In this document: one piece after another, positions 61,860 through 64,000 of the stretch | Layout of the letters: each line of letters opens with the position of its first letter | How positions within the stretch are numbered: the first letter of the stretch is position 1 | DNA from: Rhynchopus sp. YZ270_cl-10 | Lineage: Eukaryota | NCBI GenBank assembly: GCA_964035575.1 | Contig: OZ037841.1 | Location: forward strand, 620,001 to 684,000 | Direction: 5' to 3' | Length of the DNA stretch: 64,000 nt | Made by a program: the position numbers and the translations under genes | The notes under the pieces: generated by a model | The model's input: the letters and a program-made list of their open reading frames with translations, nothing else | Databases searched by the model: none | What the model was told of the DNA's origin: nothing

Positions 61860-64000
61860 GTGCATTTTTCCCTTCGAATTGTTGTAGTGCCTACAAAATC
61901 ACTGCGTAAAATAAAAAAAAGTTGATTTGACATACAACAGCCCGCTCGTGACAGTGTACCTAAATAAGACAAGGGTGCAGCACAATAGAAAAAGGTCTTT
62001 TTTTTCTGTCCAGGTTGAGGGGGGGAGGGTGAGGTGCAGCTCTGGGCAACGGAGAGCGGGGCCTCCCCTCGCCCCTCAAAAAAAAGAGAGAAAAAAGCGA
62101 AAGTTGAAGATGCAAACGCTTCTGCGGATGGATACCCGCAAAAAGAAAATGCACAAAAAAAAAAATTGTCGGATTATGCCAGGGTTCCTACGTGAGAGCG
62201 AGAACATGAAATTCTGGATTTTGCTTTTTTTTTCTCCTTTTTCCTGAGGTGGTTTTTTTATGATTTCTAGTGGGTTTCACTGTAGGACACACCACCAGTG
62301 TGGTGAAATGGCCGAAATATAACACGGTTGCCACGAGGAGTTCCATTTAGCATTGTGAGCAATTCACTAGTGTGACCAAAATTTGTATCAATCAAGAATT
62401 TGTCTCTTTTCCCGAAAATGACCCCACTACAGTGACGGTAGAGCTCGGAAAACCCGAAAAAAGGCAAAAAAAAAAACCCCCACCAAAAAAAAAGGAAAAA
62501 AAGGAGAACCTAAAATTTGTAAATCCAGAATTTTGCTGTTTTTTTTCCGAGAACAAGGGGCTACCCTGGGTTGTGGGGAAGACCAGCAAACCTTGTCACC
62601 CTTTCTAAACACACCAAGATGTGGCTTGTCAGAGCAAAGGTGATTCAGGTTTTGCTTTTTTTTTTAAAGATGATGAAACACGGCAAAAAAAAAACGTAGT
62701 GTAGCCAGGTTTCCCTGTAGGGGGTCATATGCGAACAACTGAACCTCACCCTCTCGTGCTGAGTCACCTTTGGAGAAAGAAGTTATGAGTTTATAAGATG
62801 AAACCCAAGCTTCATTTTAGTCACCTTTGATCACGAGAAAAGTAGTTGAAACGTGCGAAAACGCATCTCAGTCGAGTTCATGACACGAGAAAATAACCGT
62901 AACAAGCCATTTTTCTCATCGTCCCCCCTGACTCCCCTCTGTGGGTCGACCCTTTCGGGCCTTTGGGGATCCAAAGTGTTTCGCTGAAAGCTTGGGTAGT
63001 ATTGTAGCGCACATCCCATGAGAGGGGATGTGATTTTCGCTGCAGCCGTCTTTTCTTTTCGTTCCGAAGGATTTAAAGCTACAACTTTTTTTAAATATTA
63101 TGGGTGGCACAACTTTTTTTTTTGTTTCCCGCTCGCTGACTCTGGGAAAAAAATGCGCGCGCGCGCAAAAAAAAAGTTTTTAAAAAAGTTTTGCCTGAAA
63201 AAAAGTTGTGGGAACAGGGTGATCCCGTGGGCTTTTTATATAAAATCGCCTCAGGGGCCCAAAAATGGGTGACCCAAAACACAGTTTTTTAGCATTTCCG
63301 GAATCCGTCCAGAAAGTGGTGGGGTCAATTTCGAAAATTGGACAATTTTTTGACCACTTAAATTTTTGAAAATGTGAGCCCGGTCACTACTACGTGGGTC
63401 CCAGTTTTGGCCAAAACATGCTGCTCAAAAAAGATCGGGTCTTTTGTTTGTGCGCTCAAAGCCGGGAAAACAAAAAGGTGAAAAAATGTGTTAAACTGAA
63501 GTACGGTTGTTGTGGTTAATTGAGTACTCAAAGAAAACAAACAAGCTTCTGTTTTTTTTCAATCCGTTTTGTTTGCCCTGCAGCGCTGCCTCCAATCTTT
63601 TTAGAATTGACAACAAGTTGTTTTATCAAAAAAATTTTCCCCTGAAAATTTTTCAGCCCCAAAACATGCCGCCATTGGCATTTCCGGAATCTGTCCGCAC
63701 TGTGGTGGGGTCAATTTGCCGAAATGGCCAAGTTCTCGGTTTTGGTCAAAAATGAGTGTGAGGTAAAGGGGCCAAGGTAAATCCCACAACTCAGATTTTC
63801 TCTCCCTGATGCTGAAACCATGAAAATGCGCGAAAGCACCGGCATTTGCATTTCCGGAATCCGCCCGTTGTGTGGTGGGGTCAATTTGCCGAAATGGAGG
63901 AGTTTTTATAAATTTTGGTCAAAATCGTGTACAACCCGGTGAAGAAAAAATATTTTCACTAAAAAAAAACCCCCAAATGTCCACCAGTACTCAGTACCCA

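Overview
Eukaryotic nuclear DNA from a euglenozoan. Three KMP-11 genes, head-to-tail genes on one strand and a canonical GT-AG intron suggest a diplonemid (inference). All host genes are on the minus strand: an ICL/PEP-mutase family lyase, a calcyphosin-like EF-hand protein, a deleted class I heme peroxidase pseudogene, a spliced Pro-rich protein, KMP-11 x3, a ubiquitin-like + BspA-type LRR protein with a CaaX box, and two paralogous mucin-stalked multipass surface proteins (one intact, one disrupted). Eight box C/D snoRNA genes of two species, with guides matching conserved LSU rRNA methylation sites, sit in shuffled cassettes with KMP-11. Intergenic DNA is a mosaic of MITEs (8-bp TSD hAT-like, TA-TSD Tc1/mariner-like), a piggyBac relic with a nested element, a 5'-truncated RNase H-bearing LINE and CAGTA-core minisatellites. 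The most unusual signal is dozens of co-oriented short repeats in at least four sequence families. They differ in stem sequence but share a bulged hairpin with an ACGAGAG-type loop followed by TTTCAAC/TTATAAAC and a pyrimidine tract.
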